Source of the DNA: an uncultured Verrucomicrobiota bacterium
GTDB lineage: Bacteria > Verrucomicrobiota > Verrucomicrobiia > Limisphaerales > UBA1100
Length of the DNA stretch: 37,428 nt
Direction: 5' to 3'
Assembly: GCA_964548235.1 (NCBI GenBank)
Contig: CAZJRV010000001.1
Coordinates: 1-37,428 of the forward strand
In this document: in pieces, positions 26,139 to 35,227 of the stretch
Layout: each line of letters opens with the position of its first letter
How positions within the stretch are numbered: the first letter of the stretch is position 1
Notes under the pieces: generated by a model
What the model was told of the DNA's origin: nothing
Database searches by the model: none
What the model saw: the letters and a program-made list of their open reading frames with translations, nothing else
Position numbers and translations under genes: made by a program

Positions 26139-28880
26139 ATGCAGCGAAAACAAACCCAATCCCGCCCAGTCTTTTGGCGCTTGCTCATCGTATGTGTAAT
26201 CAGCATCGGTTTCGGAATCCAATGGTTGCCGCCAGAGGGCCGTGATATTTTGGAGGTATTTGATTCGCTGGCCGATAACGAGGAGAAACAGACCAGCGAG
26301 TTTGCCGGGATACTTTCGAAAGCCAAGGAACTACAAAAACAAGGGCAGGGGGGGGAGTTGACGCTGGAGAAATGGGAACAGGCCATCGGCGCGGCCAGCC
26401 TTACTAATTACTTTCCCTTGGCTGGCGTTTTCAAGACCAACAAAGAGGCGCGGGAAAAGATGGGGCTGGATTCGAGCCTGCAACTGGAGGTGCCTGCCCG
26501 CGCCACTGAATTGGATCGACGCGAGCTGGCGGAAGAATCCCGCAAGGCTGCCAACCGATTTGTGCTGGGCAAAATCCAATCTGCCGCGGCCGGCAAGGTA
26601 AAGCTTGGGTTGGATCTGCGCGGAGGCACACAATTTACCGTCCAGATTATTGAATCCGGCGGGGACCCGGACCAATACAAGCGCGAGCAACGGCTCGAGC
26701 AGGCAATGGAAACCATCCGCAAACGGATTGACAAGTTTGGCGTGTCCGAGCCGATCATCCAAAGTTCAACCAGCGGACAGAGCGACCAGATCATCATTCA
26801 AATTCCCGGTCTCTCCAAGGCGGATCGCGATCGCGCGCGCGAGACCATCCAGAAAATCGCCAAGCTGGAATTTCGCCTAGAGCACGCACGAAGCCAGGCG
26901 GCGCTCGACAGCAACGAGGATTTTGTGCCCGGTGCGGATCTCCTCAGCTACAAGCTGAAGAACGATGAGGGCCAAAAATACACACGTCGAATGTTCGTCG
27001 TCACAATGGCCGACAAACCGGAAAAATGCGTCTCAGGTCGGCACATCGTTAGTGCCAGTCCCATTCGGGATTCCATCAGCGGACTGGCAAAAATCAACTT
27101 CAAGCTGGATAATGAAGGCGCGGACAAGTTTGCCCGAATCACCCAGGAGCATCAGGTGAGCGGACAGGACGCCCGCGCGTTGTGCATCGTGCTCGATGGC
27201 GAATTGATTTCCGCGCCCTCCATCAACAGCCGCATTCACTCACGCGGAGAGATTAGCGGAGACTTCACATTTGATGAGGCCCGGGAGCTGGCCAATGCAT
27301 TAGAAAACCCGCTGGAAACCCCGGTGAAAATTATTGAGGAACGCGATGTGGATCCCTCGCTCGGCAAGGAATCCGTGGCCAAAGGATTTGCCGCGGCAAA
27401 GTGGGGCTTAATTGCCGTGGCGATTTTCATGCTGGTTTATTACCTGCTCAGTGGTTTTGTGGCCAATGTGGCGCTGGCGCTAAACATCCTCATTCTGATG
27501 GGCGTGCTGAGCTGGTTTGATGCCACCCTCACGCTGCCGGGCATCGCCGGCGTGGTGCTCACAATCGGCATGGCAGTGGATGCCAATGTGCTGATCTTCG
27601 AGCGCATTCGAGAGGAACTCCGCGCGGGCAAGTCGCTCAAGGGCGCGATTGCCTCGGGCTATGAAAAAGCATTTGGCACCATCTTTGATGCGAACATCAC
27701 GACGCTCATCGCCTCGGTGATTCTCATTTACATGGGCAAAGGCCCTGTCCAGGGATTTGGAGTCACGCTCACCATTGGCATCATCACCAGCATGTTCACA
27801 GCGCTGGTGGCAACGCGTTTGGTTTTGGATATCCTTGTGAAACTGGGCATCATCGGTTCGGAAGGAACCAAGCGTGCGATGCACCTGCGGCCCACGGCCG
27901 GCCTGCCCACCATCAACTTTGTAAAATACAAGGTTGGCGCCACCCGTGTTGCCAATGCGATCAAGAGCCCGGCGGTGTGGATCACCTGGATGCTCATTTT
28001 GTGCTCCACGGTTTTTGTAATTTCCCGCGGCTGGGATAAAACCATGGGAGTGGATTTTGCGGGTGGGCAAAGCTTGATGATGCAGTTCAACCAGGCGAAG
28101 GCACCTGGAATTAATTCGGAGCAACTTCAAACGGAACTTTCCGAAAAACTGGGGATGGCCGATTCCGGCCTCAAGGTTCAACCCCAAACCGATCAGGGCT
28201 CCGGCGAGCAGGTGTTGAGGGTCAGTTACAAGGAGGGAGACCCGGTTCGTGTGCAGCAGGCTTTGAACGAAAGCATCCCCGGCGCGGATTTCAAGTTGCT
28301 CTCGAAAGATCTCGTGGGTCCCAGCGTGAGCGGTGAAATCCAAAAATCCGCGCTGGTGGCCACGGTGCTCGCACTATTCGGCATCTTGATTTATGTGGCG
28401 TTTCGCTACGAATATTCCTTCGCGATTGGCGCGGTAATTGCCATTTTGCATGACGTACTTTTAACCTGCGGAATTTTCTTCCTCAGCGGACGCGAATTGA
28501 ACGCGCCCATTGTGGCGGCGATCCTCACCATCATCGGTTTTTCCATCAATGACACCATCGTCATCTTCGATCGCATTCGGGAAAATCTTCGCCTCGGCAC
28601 GCGTGGCACTTTTGCCGATGTGATGAATGCCGCGCTGAACCAAACCCTCAGCCGGACGATTATCACCTCCGGAACCACGTTGCTCTCCACGGGCACGCTT
28701 TATTTCTTCGGGGGCACGGTCATTAACGACTTTGCCTTCATGTTCCTTGTGGGCATCATCACCGGCACCTACTCATCAATCTATATTGCCTGCGCCGTCG
28801 TGCTATGGTGGCACGAAGGTAAACGACCCGAGCTGGCCGCTCCCATCCAGGACGCCGACCCGGTAACGGTCAACGTCTGA
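26139..28880 (+). CDS. secDF: Fused protein translocase subunit SecDF
   Basis: About 913 aa starting at ATG 26139. SecD P1-head motifs (LGLDLRGGTQF, KFGVSEPIIQ), then two 6-TM RND-like bundles (TLPGIAGVVLTIGMAVDANVLIFERIREE and IIGFSINDTIVIFDRIREN). Confidence 0.9.
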   Translation: MQRKQTQSRPVFWRLLIVCVISIGFGIQWLPPEGRDILEVFDSLADNEEKQTSEFAGILSKAKELQKQGQGGELTLEKWEQAIGAASLTNYFPLAGVFKTNKEAREKMGLDSSLQLEVPARATELDRRELAEESRKAANRFVLGKIQSAAAGKVKLGLDLRGGTQFTVQIIESGGDPDQYKREQRLEQAMETIRKRIDKFGVSEPIIQSSTSGQSDQIIIQIPGLSKADRDRARETIQKIAKLEFRLEHARSQAALDSNEDFVPGADLLSYKLKNDEGQKYTRRMFVVTMADKPEKCVSGRHIVSASPIRDSISGLAKINFKLDNEGADKFARITQEHQVSGQDARALCIVLDGELISAPSINSRIHSRGEISGDFTFDEARELANALENPLETPVKIIEERDVDPSLGKESVAKGFAAAKWGLIAVAIFMLVYYLLSGFVANVALALNILILMGVLSWFDATLTLPGIAGVVLTIGMAVDANVLIFERIREELRAGKSLKGAIASGYEKAFGTIFDANITTLIASVILIYMGKGPVQGFGVTLTIGIITSMFTALVATRLVLDILVKLGIIGSEGTKRAMHLRPTAGLPTINFVKYKVGATRVANAIKSPAVWITWMLILCSTVFVISRGWDKTMGVDFAGGQSLMMQFNQAKAPGINSEQLQTELSEKLGMADSGLKVQPQTDQGSGEQVLRVSYKEGDPVRVQQALNESIPGADFKLLSKDLVGPSVSGEIQKSALVATVLALFGILIYVAFRYEYSFAIGAVIAILHDVLLTCGIFFLSGRELNAPIVAAILTIIGFSINDTIVIFDRIRENLRLGTRGTFADVMNAALNQTLSRTIITSGTTLLSTGTLYFFGGTVINDFAFMFLVGIITGTYSSIYIACAVVLWWHEGKRPELAAPIQDADPVTVNV

Positions 28881-28881
28881 C

Positions 28882-29853
28882 ATGATTGCCGCCAGCATCG
28901 CCCCCTGGCATTACGGGGTGTTCGTGGTGGGCGTGTTGTTTATTCTCGCGCTCGATCTCGGGCTATTCAACCGCAAGGCCCACAAAGTGGGCTTCCGGGA
29001 GGCCCTCGGCTGGACTACCTTGTGGTTCTCATTGGCCATGGTGTTCGCGTTCTTCGCCATTCCTGAATTATACCCGGATGATCCGAAGGCCCCCAACAAA
29101 CGGATTGAGTTCATCACCGGTTACATCCTCGAGTTGTCCCTCTCGATGGACAATGTGTTCGTCATCGCGCTGATCTTCGCGTATTTCAAGGTCAAGCCCG
29201 AGTTTCAACATCGCGTGCTCTTTTGGGGCATCATGGGCGCGCTCATCATGCGCGGATTGATGATTGGCGTGGGCGCAGCAGCGGTGGCGAAGTTTCACTG
29301 GATCCTCTATGCCTTTGGCGCGTTCCTGCTTTTCACCGGCATCAAAATGCTCTTTCACGATGATGAGGAAGGCGTGGATCCCGATAATAATCCACTGGTC
29401 AAACTCGCCCGAAAACTTTTTCCCGTACACGACCAGTTTGATGGCGAACGCTTCACCACCCGCATTGAAGGCAAACGCATGCTCACCCCCATGGCCATTG
29501 TGCTGGTGACCATTGAATATACGGACGTGATTTTTGCGGTTGACTCCATCCCTGCAATCTTTGCTGTCACCACCGATCCTTACATCGTTTTCACTTCCAA
29601 CATGTTTGCCATCCTCGGCCTGCGTTCACTGTATTTCGTTTTGGCGGGCATGATTGAGATGTTCCATTACCTCAAGTACGGCCTGGCTCTCGTGCTCGCA
29701 TTTATCGGAGCCAAAATGCTGGCCGAACCATGGCTTAAGGATGTCATCCCAATCTGGGGTGCTTTGTTGGTGGTTTTGTCCATTCTTTTCATTTCCATCC
29801 TCGCTTCGGTTGTCCATAAACTCCGCCAGCGGGATGACACACCGACGGACTGA
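28882..29853 (+). CDS. TerC/Alx family integral membrane protein
   Basis: 323 aa. The duplicated TerC motif is visible (ELSLSMDNVFVIALIF and IEYTDVIFAVDSIPAIFAVT). The ATG is 1 nt after the secDF stop. Confidence 0.85.
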   Translation: MIAASIAPWHYGVFVVGVLFILALDLGLFNRKAHKVGFREALGWTTLWFSLAMVFAFFAIPELYPDDPKAPNKRIEFITGYILELSLSMDNVFVIALIFAYFKVKPEFQHRVLFWGIMGALIMRGLMIGVGAAAVAKFHWILYAFGAFLLFTGIKMLFHDDEEGVDPDNNPLVKLARKLFPVHDQFDGERFTTRIEGKRMLTPMAIVLVTIEYTDVIFAVDSIPAIFAVTTDPYIVFTSNMFAILGLRSLYFVLAGMIEMFHYLKYGLALVLAFIGAKMLAEPWLKDVIPIWGALLVVLSILFISILASVVHKLRQRDDTPTD

Positions 29854-29871
29854 CCCGCTGCGCCCGGTGGC

Positions 29872-30483
29872 ATGAGGGAGCCATTATCCAAATCGCTGAA
29901 ACAGCTCGTTGACAGCACGGACACCGAAGCACCCACGCTGAACAACCTGCTGGAGGCCACAGGTGAACGCGGGCTGCAGTTGGTCATCGTGTTCATGGCG
30001 CTGCCATTTTGCCTGCCGGTTTTGCCCGGCGTCAGCACGCCATTCGGACTGGCGATTATATTTTTGAGCGTGCGCCAAATCCTCAATGAACCCGGCCGCC
30101 TACCGCGTTTCATTGGCGACCGCAAATTCAAACCGGAAACGTTTCAGAAAATTCTGCGCGGCGGGGTGCGCATTGTGGGTTGGATCGAAAAGGTCACTCA
30201 TCCACGCGGGGGCAACTGGCTGGCCTCGGATGCAGCGCGGCGTTTTCATGCCGTGCTCATCTGCCTGATGGGCCTGTTGATGAGCCTGCCGTTGCCCGTG
30301 CCGCTCACCAACACCATCCCTGCCTGGGCCATCCTGATCATTGCCGCCAGCACAGCGGAATCCGATGGGCGCCTCATTTGGCTGGGTCATCTTGCCGTGG
30401 CCGGTGCGCTGGCGTATTTCATTTTCATCTGGAACGCTGTGGAAGAAATGGCGCGTCAGATTGCAGCTTGGTTCAGCGCATGA
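29872..30483 (+). CDS. ExoD family membrane protein (exopolysaccharide synthesis ExoD-like)
   Basis: 203 aa. LLEATGERGLQLVIVFMALPFCLPVLPGVSTPFGLAIIFLS matches the ExoD N-terminal pattern as I recall it. Contains 3-4 TM segments. Confidence 0.6.
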   Translation: MREPLSKSLKQLVDSTDTEAPTLNNLLEATGERGLQLVIVFMALPFCLPVLPGVSTPFGLAIIFLSVRQILNEPGRLPRFIGDRKFKPETFQKILRGGVRIVGWIEKVTHPRGGNWLASDAARRFHAVLICLMGLLMSLPLPVPLTNTIPAWAILIIAASTAESDGRLIWLGHLAVAGALAYFIFIWNAVEEMARQIAAWFSA

Positions 30484-32201
30484 AACATCTTTGGCGAATC
30501 AAAGAAACAGATGTCCCTGATGCGGCGCGCTTGGCCCATGCACTGGGGGTTTCAGGCGCACTCGCCCAATGTCTGTTGAACCGCAAGCTGGTTGATGTAG
30601 CGGAAGCAAGAGATTTCCTTGCGCCTCGGCTGGCGAATTTGGCACCGCCGGAGGACATCCCAAACTTGTCCATCGCAGTAGAGCGCTTGTTTGTGGCGCG
30701 GCAACGCAATGAACGTATTGCGATTTTTGGAGATTACGATGTGGATGGGGTTACTTCCGCAACCTTGCTGCTTGATTCCCTGCGCCCGCTCGGCTGGCAG
30801 TTGGAGGCGTATCTTCCACATCGAAGGGATGAAGGCTACGGCCTGACGGAGGAAGGCGTGGCAAATTGCCTAAAAAAGATTCAGCCCGACTTATTGCTGG
30901 CGGTGGATTGCGGTTCAGCCTCGGTGGAAGTGATCGCTGATTTGCAATCGAAGGGCATCGATGTGATTGTGCTAGATCACCATCAAGTCCCCGATCCGCC
31001 ACCGCCGGCCTTGGCAATGGTGAACCCCCAACTTGCAGCCAAGGACGAACCAGATTTCCGCGAACTGTGCTCCGCCGGCTTGGCTTTCAAGCTGGTGCAT
31101 GGCCTCGTAAAAGTGGGTCGTCAAAATGGGCTCGATGGGTTTGCCGAATTTGATGTTCGGTCCACGCTGGATCTAGTGGCATTAGGGACCATTGCCGACA
31201 TGGTGCCGTTGCGCGGAGAAAACCGAATCCTTGCACACGCCGGCCTGCGCCAGCTCAACGCCACCCAGCGCACCGGCATTTTGGCGCTCGCCAAGGCAGC
31301 GGGCATCTCCGGTGAGATTGGCGCTTTTGAGGTGGGCTTTCAAATCGGCCCACGCCTCAACGCTGCAGGCCGATTGGAAAGCGCCACGGCAGCATTGGAT
31401 TTATTGTGTGAAATGAATACAGGCGCGGCCACTGAAATGGCCTCCAAGCTCGACCGTCAAAACCGGGAGAGACAGCGCGCGGAAAAGGAAATGACGCGGC
31501 AAGTTATCGATGCCGTTCGCAATCGGTTTGATCCTAAAACGGATTACGCAATTGTCGAGGGCGATCCCGGCTGGCACATTGGCGTGGTGGGCATCGTGGC
31601 TTCGCGTGTGATGCGCGAGTTTTATCGTCCCACCGTCATTGTGGGCGGCAGCCCCGAGGGTCTGCGCGGCTCCGGCCGCAGCGTGGAGGGGTTTGACCTC
31701 GCGGCAGCCTTGCGGGAATGCGAGGAACATCTTGATCGCGCAGGCGGCCACGCAATGGCTGCGGGAGTAAATTTGCAACCGGAAAATCTCGATGCGTTTC
31801 GAGCCAGCCTCAATGCATTGGCCCGCGAGCAACTTGAGGAAACGGAGCTGATGCCCACGCTGCACCTGGATGCGAGTGTGCCTTTGAGTGAATTGACCTT
31901 TGCAACCGTTCAATCGCTGGGGCAATTGCAGCCGACCGGGCAGGGCAATCATTCCGTGCAATTCGCCATTCCCCAACTCGAACTTGACGGCTCCATTCGG
32001 CGAATGGGCAAGGAGCAGCAACACGCCAAGCTGAGTGTCACCGATGGCAACACCTCGGCGGAGGCAATTAGCTGGAATGCGGCCGGGAATGATTTGCCAA
32101 ACGGCCGTTTTGATTTGGCGGTGGAGCCATCCATCAACACCTGGCGCGGCCGACGTTCTTTGCAGTTGAAGATTCTCGACTGGCGACCGGCTGCTGGCTA
32201 G
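30480..32201 (+). CDS. recJ: Single-stranded-DNA-specific exonuclease RecJ
   Basis: About 573 aa from ATG 30480 (ATGA overlap with exoD). DHH family motifs IAIFGDYDVDGVTS, VDCGS, VIVLDHHQ and DHHA1 GGHAMAAG. Confidence 0.9.
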   Translation: MKHLWRIKETDVPDAARLAHALGVSGALAQCLLNRKLVDVAEARDFLAPRLANLAPPEDIPNLSIAVERLFVARQRNERIAIFGDYDVDGVTSATLLLDSLRPLGWQLEAYLPHRRDEGYGLTEEGVANCLKKIQPDLLLAVDCGSASVEVIADLQSKGIDVIVLDHHQVPDPPPPALAMVNPQLAAKDEPDFRELCSAGLAFKLVHGLVKVGRQNGLDGFAEFDVRSTLDLVALGTIADMVPLRGENRILAHAGLRQLNATQRTGILALAKAAGISGEIGAFEVGFQIGPRLNAAGRLESATAALDLLCEMNTGAATEMASKLDRQNRERQRAEKEMTRQVIDAVRNRFDPKTDYAIVEGDPGWHIGVVGIVASRVMREFYRPTVIVGGSPEGLRGSGRSVEGFDLAAALRECEEHLDRAGGHAMAAGVNLQPENLDAFRASLNALAREQLEETELMPTLHLDASVPLSELTFATVQSLGQLQPTGQGNHSVQFAIPQLELDGSIRRMGKEQQHAKLSVTDGNTSAEAISWNAAGNDLPNGRFDLAVEPSINTWRGRRSLQLKILDWRPAAG

Positions 32202-32209
32202 GTTGCCGT

Positions 32210-32881
32210 ATGGTTTCAGCCGTCATCGTGGCCGCAGGCAGCAGCACCCGCATGGGTGCCGACAAACTATTTCTCGAAGTCGCCGGCTTGCCCGTGGTGG
32301 GGCACACATGGCGGCGGTTCGATGCGCATCCGGATATCGGCGAGGTTGTGCTCGTCATACGGGAAAATTCCCGCGCAGATTTCAAGGCATTGGCCAAGCA
32401 AATCAAGCCGACCAAACCGCATTGCTTGGTGGTGGGTGGTGAGGAACGTCAACATTCTGTCAGCAACGGCCTGAATGCGGTTCATGCGGACAGCCAATTT
32501 GTGGCCATACAGGACGGCGCGCGCCCTTGCACCGCGGAAACGGCCATCACCGCCACAATCGATGCTGCCCGCGAGGGCGGGGCTGCGGTCACTGCCAGCA
32601 AGGTTTTTGACACGCTAAAGGAATCCGATGGTGCCGGCCGCATCGCCAGAAATGTGGATCGTACCCACTTGTGGGCAGTGCAGACGCCGCAGGTGTTTTC
32701 ATTGGAAATCATCCAAAAGGCCATAGCCGCTGTCATTGAGGAGGGTGCATCGGTAACCGATGACACCGCCATGTGCGAGCTGATTGGCCATCCCGTGGCT
32801 TTGGTGGATGACGGCGCATTGAACCCCAAGGTAACGACTTCCTCGGATTTGTTATTGGTGGAAATGCTGCTCGGTCAATAA
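32210..32881 (+). CDS. ispD: 2-C-methyl-D-erythritol 4-phosphate cytidylyltransferase
   Basis: 223 aa. AVIVAAGSSTRMG, VAIQDGARP and LWAVQTPQVF are IspD signatures. Confidence 0.9.
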   Translation: MVSAVIVAAGSSTRMGADKLFLEVAGLPVVGHTWRRFDAHPDIGEVVLVIRENSRADFKALAKQIKPTKPHCLVVGGEERQHSVSNGLNAVHADSQFVAIQDGARPCTAETAITATIDAAREGGAAVTASKVFDTLKESDGAGRIARNVDRTHLWAVQTPQVFSLEIIQKAIAAVIEEGASVTDDTAMCELIGHPVALVDDGALNPKVTTSSDLLLVEMLLGQ

Positions 32882-32926
32882 ACCCGCCTTGCCATTTTGG
32901 CTCTAAACCCTAGGCTCACGCCCGTT

Positions 32927-34192
32927 ATGAGACAGCGAATTTTTACCACAGTGCTCGCCATCGCGCTGGGCGTGAATCTGTATATCGGCGCCCACCACCT
33001 TGCAAACAGCGCGGAGACCCGCGGCAAGGAGGATGTTTACGCCAACATGGAAAAATTTACGCGCGTGCTCGAGATGGTGCGGCGCGAGTACGTGGATGAG
33101 GAGAAGGTTTCCTACGAGGATCTTGTACAGGGCGCACTGAACGGAATGATTAAGACACTCGACCCACACAGCGAGTACATGGACGCCAAAAAATATCGCG
33201 CATTGCAGTCGGACACACAACAGCAGTTTGGCGGCATCGGAGTGGTCGTGAGCATTCGTGAAGACCGCCTCACCATCGTGGCGCCCATGGACAACACGCC
33301 CGGCAGCCGTGCGGGGCTGTTGCCCGGGGATCGCATCATGAAAATTGGCGGAAAATCCACAGAGGACATGACCCTGAATGATGCGGTAGGCGTCATGCGC
33401 GGCAAACCGGGCACGGAGGTGCACGTTGGATTTTACCGGCCCTCGACGGATAAGGAATGGGAGGTCGCTTTCAAACGGGAAATCATCAAGACCAAGAGCG
33501 TGCGCGACCTTAACGGAGGCGGCAAATTTGCGCTGCTGGAAAATCAAATTGGCTATGTGCGCCTTTCAGGCTTCTCGGAAAAAACCGCCATCGAACTCGA
33601 GGCGGCCCTTGTTAAAATGGAGCAATCCGGCCTCAAGGCACTGGTGCTCGATTTACGCGACAACCCTGGGGGGCTCCTCGACCAATCAGCATTCGTTACC
33701 GAAAAATTTGTGCCCAAGGGCCAGCTGGTTGTCACCACCGAGGGCAGGCAAAAGCGGCAGCTTGATAAACTCGTGGCCCGTGGCCGACACAAGCAACGTA
33801 CACTGCCGATGGTGGTGCTCGTCAATGGCGGCAGCGCCAGCGCTTCCGAAATTGTGGCCGGTTGCCTGCAGGATATTGACCGCGCGGAATTAGTGGGCAT
33901 GAAAACATTTGGCAAAGGCTCCGTACAGAGCATCCTCCCCCTCCACGATGGATCCGCCCTCCGCCTCACCACCGCCAAGTATTATACCCCCAAACATCAC
34001 ACCATCCATGGCAATGGAATCACACCCGATCACGTGGTGGAAATGACCCCCGAACAAATGGGCCACCTCACCCTGCAACGCTCGCCCGGCGGCCTGGAAA
34101 CCCTGCCGGAAGAAGCGCGCAAAAAAGCCGAAGCCCCCATGGATCTTCAATTGCAAAAAGCCCTCGAATTGCTCAAGGCCGAGCTCAAGTAA
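32927..34192 (+). CDS. ctpA: Carboxy-terminal processing peptidase (S41A) with PDZ domain
   Basis: FGGIGV, PDZ GSRAGLLPGDRIMKIGG, LDLRDNPGG, the nucleophile context GGSASASEI and the Lys context TFGKGSVQ. ATG 32927 gives a TM/signal N-terminus; the track start at 32897 is a TTG. Confidence 0.9.
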   Translation: MRQRIFTTVLAIALGVNLYIGAHHLANSAETRGKEDVYANMEKFTRVLEMVRREYVDEEKVSYEDLVQGALNGMIKTLDPHSEYMDAKKYRALQSDTQQQFGGIGVVVSIREDRLTIVAPMDNTPGSRAGLLPGDRIMKIGGKSTEDMTLNDAVGVMRGKPGTEVHVGFYRPSTDKEWEVAFKREIIKTKSVRDLNGGGKFALLENQIGYVRLSGFSEKTAIELEAALVKMEQSGLKALVLDLRDNPGGLLDQSAFVTEKFVPKGQLVVTTEGRQKRQLDKLVARGRHKQRTLPMVVLVNGGSASASEIVAGCLQDIDRAELVGMKTFGKGSVQSILPLHDGSALRLTTAKYYTPKHHTIHGNGITPDHVVEMTPEQMGHLTLQRSPGGLETLPEEARKKAEAPMDLQLQKALELLKAELK

Positions 34193-34195
34193 GCC

Positions 34196-35227
34196 ATGCG
34201 GCTGCTGGCAATCGAAACTTCGTGCGACGAAACCAGCTCGGCGGTGATTGCCGATGGATGCGCACTTGGCACAGTCGTTTCCTCGCAAATCGAAATCCAT
34301 GCCGAGTATGGTGGCGTGGTGCCGGAGCTGGCCACGCGCGAACATTTGCGAAATCTGCAACCGGTGGTCCGCGAGGCAATGCGACGGACTGAAACCGCTC
34401 CCGCCAATCTGGGCGCTCTCGCCGCAACCCGTGGCCCCGGCCTGCCTCCCGCCCTGATGGTGGGCTGGAAAGCGGCGCAATCCATGGCATACGCCCTTGG
34501 CGTTCCATTATTGGGCGTGAACCACGTGCTGGGTCATCTGTATTCGCCGTGGTTCATTGGCGATCCTCCGGTTGCTGACTGGGATAATTTTGAACCGAAT
34601 ATTTCCCTCATTGTCAGCGGCGGCCACACGCTGCTGCTCAAGGTGGAGGCGCCGTTAAGGCACAAAATCCTCGGCAGCACACAGGACGATGCGGCAGGGG
34701 AATGCTTTGATAAAATCGCAAAATTGCTCGGCTTGGGGTATCCCGGCGGCCCGGAGGTGGATCGCTTGGCGCGGGATGGCGACCCCGCGGCATTTCAATT
34801 TGCGCGGCCCATGCTCAACCAGGCCAATGATGATTTCAGCTTTAGCGGTCTCAAGACTTCTGTCCGCTATTTCCTCGAGAAACATCCCAGCCTGATTGCT
34901 GACAATTCGCGCCTTCCGGATCTATGCGCCAGCGCCCAAGCTGCTGTTGTGGAGGTGCTCGTCAAAAAGACCGTGCGTGCCGCCAAGCGTGAGCGACTGA
35001 ATTGCCTCACCCTTTCCGGCGGTGTGGCGTGCAACAGCGAATTGCGAAAACAATTGCAGAACGCCTGCGATAAAAACGAGTTTGCCCTGCGCCTGGCTTC
35101 CCCACAGTTGTGCACCGATAACGCCGCGATGATTGGATTGTTGGCCGAAAAGCAATTGGCGAGCGGGCACGAACCCGCTGGGTTGGATGCAGACATTCAG
35201 CCGGGGATGGCGCTGGAGTTTCGTTAG
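34196..35227 (+). CDS. tsaD: tRNA N6-adenosine threonylcarbamoyltransferase
   Basis: 343 aa. LAIETSCDETS, HAEYGGVVPELATREH, VNHVLGHL, GECFDK and LSGGVACN are typical TsaD/Kae1 motifs. Confidence 0.95.
   Translation: MRLLAIETSCDETSSAVIADGCALGTVVSSQIEIHAEYGGVVPELATREHLRNLQPVVREAMRRTETAPANLGALAATRGPGLPPALMVGWKAAQSMAYALGVPLLGVNHVLGHLYSPWFIGDPPVADWDNFEPNISLIVSGGHTLLLKVEAPLRHKILGSTQDDAAGECFDKIAKLLGLGYPGGPEVDRLARDGDPAAFQFARPMLNQANDDFSFSGLKTSVRYFLEKHPSLIADNSRLPDLCASAQAAVVEVLVKKTVRAAKRERLNCLTLSGGVACNSELRKQLQNACDKNEFALRLASPQLCTDNAAMIGLLAEKQLASGHEPAGLDADIQPGMALEFR

Noticed and set aside
28878-28884. I looked for a yybP-ykoY Mn riboswitch or another leader upstream of the TerC-family gene.
   Set aside because: Only 1 nt separates the secDF stop from the terC ATG, so no structured leader can exist. 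The absence is noted under the secDF-terC finding instead.
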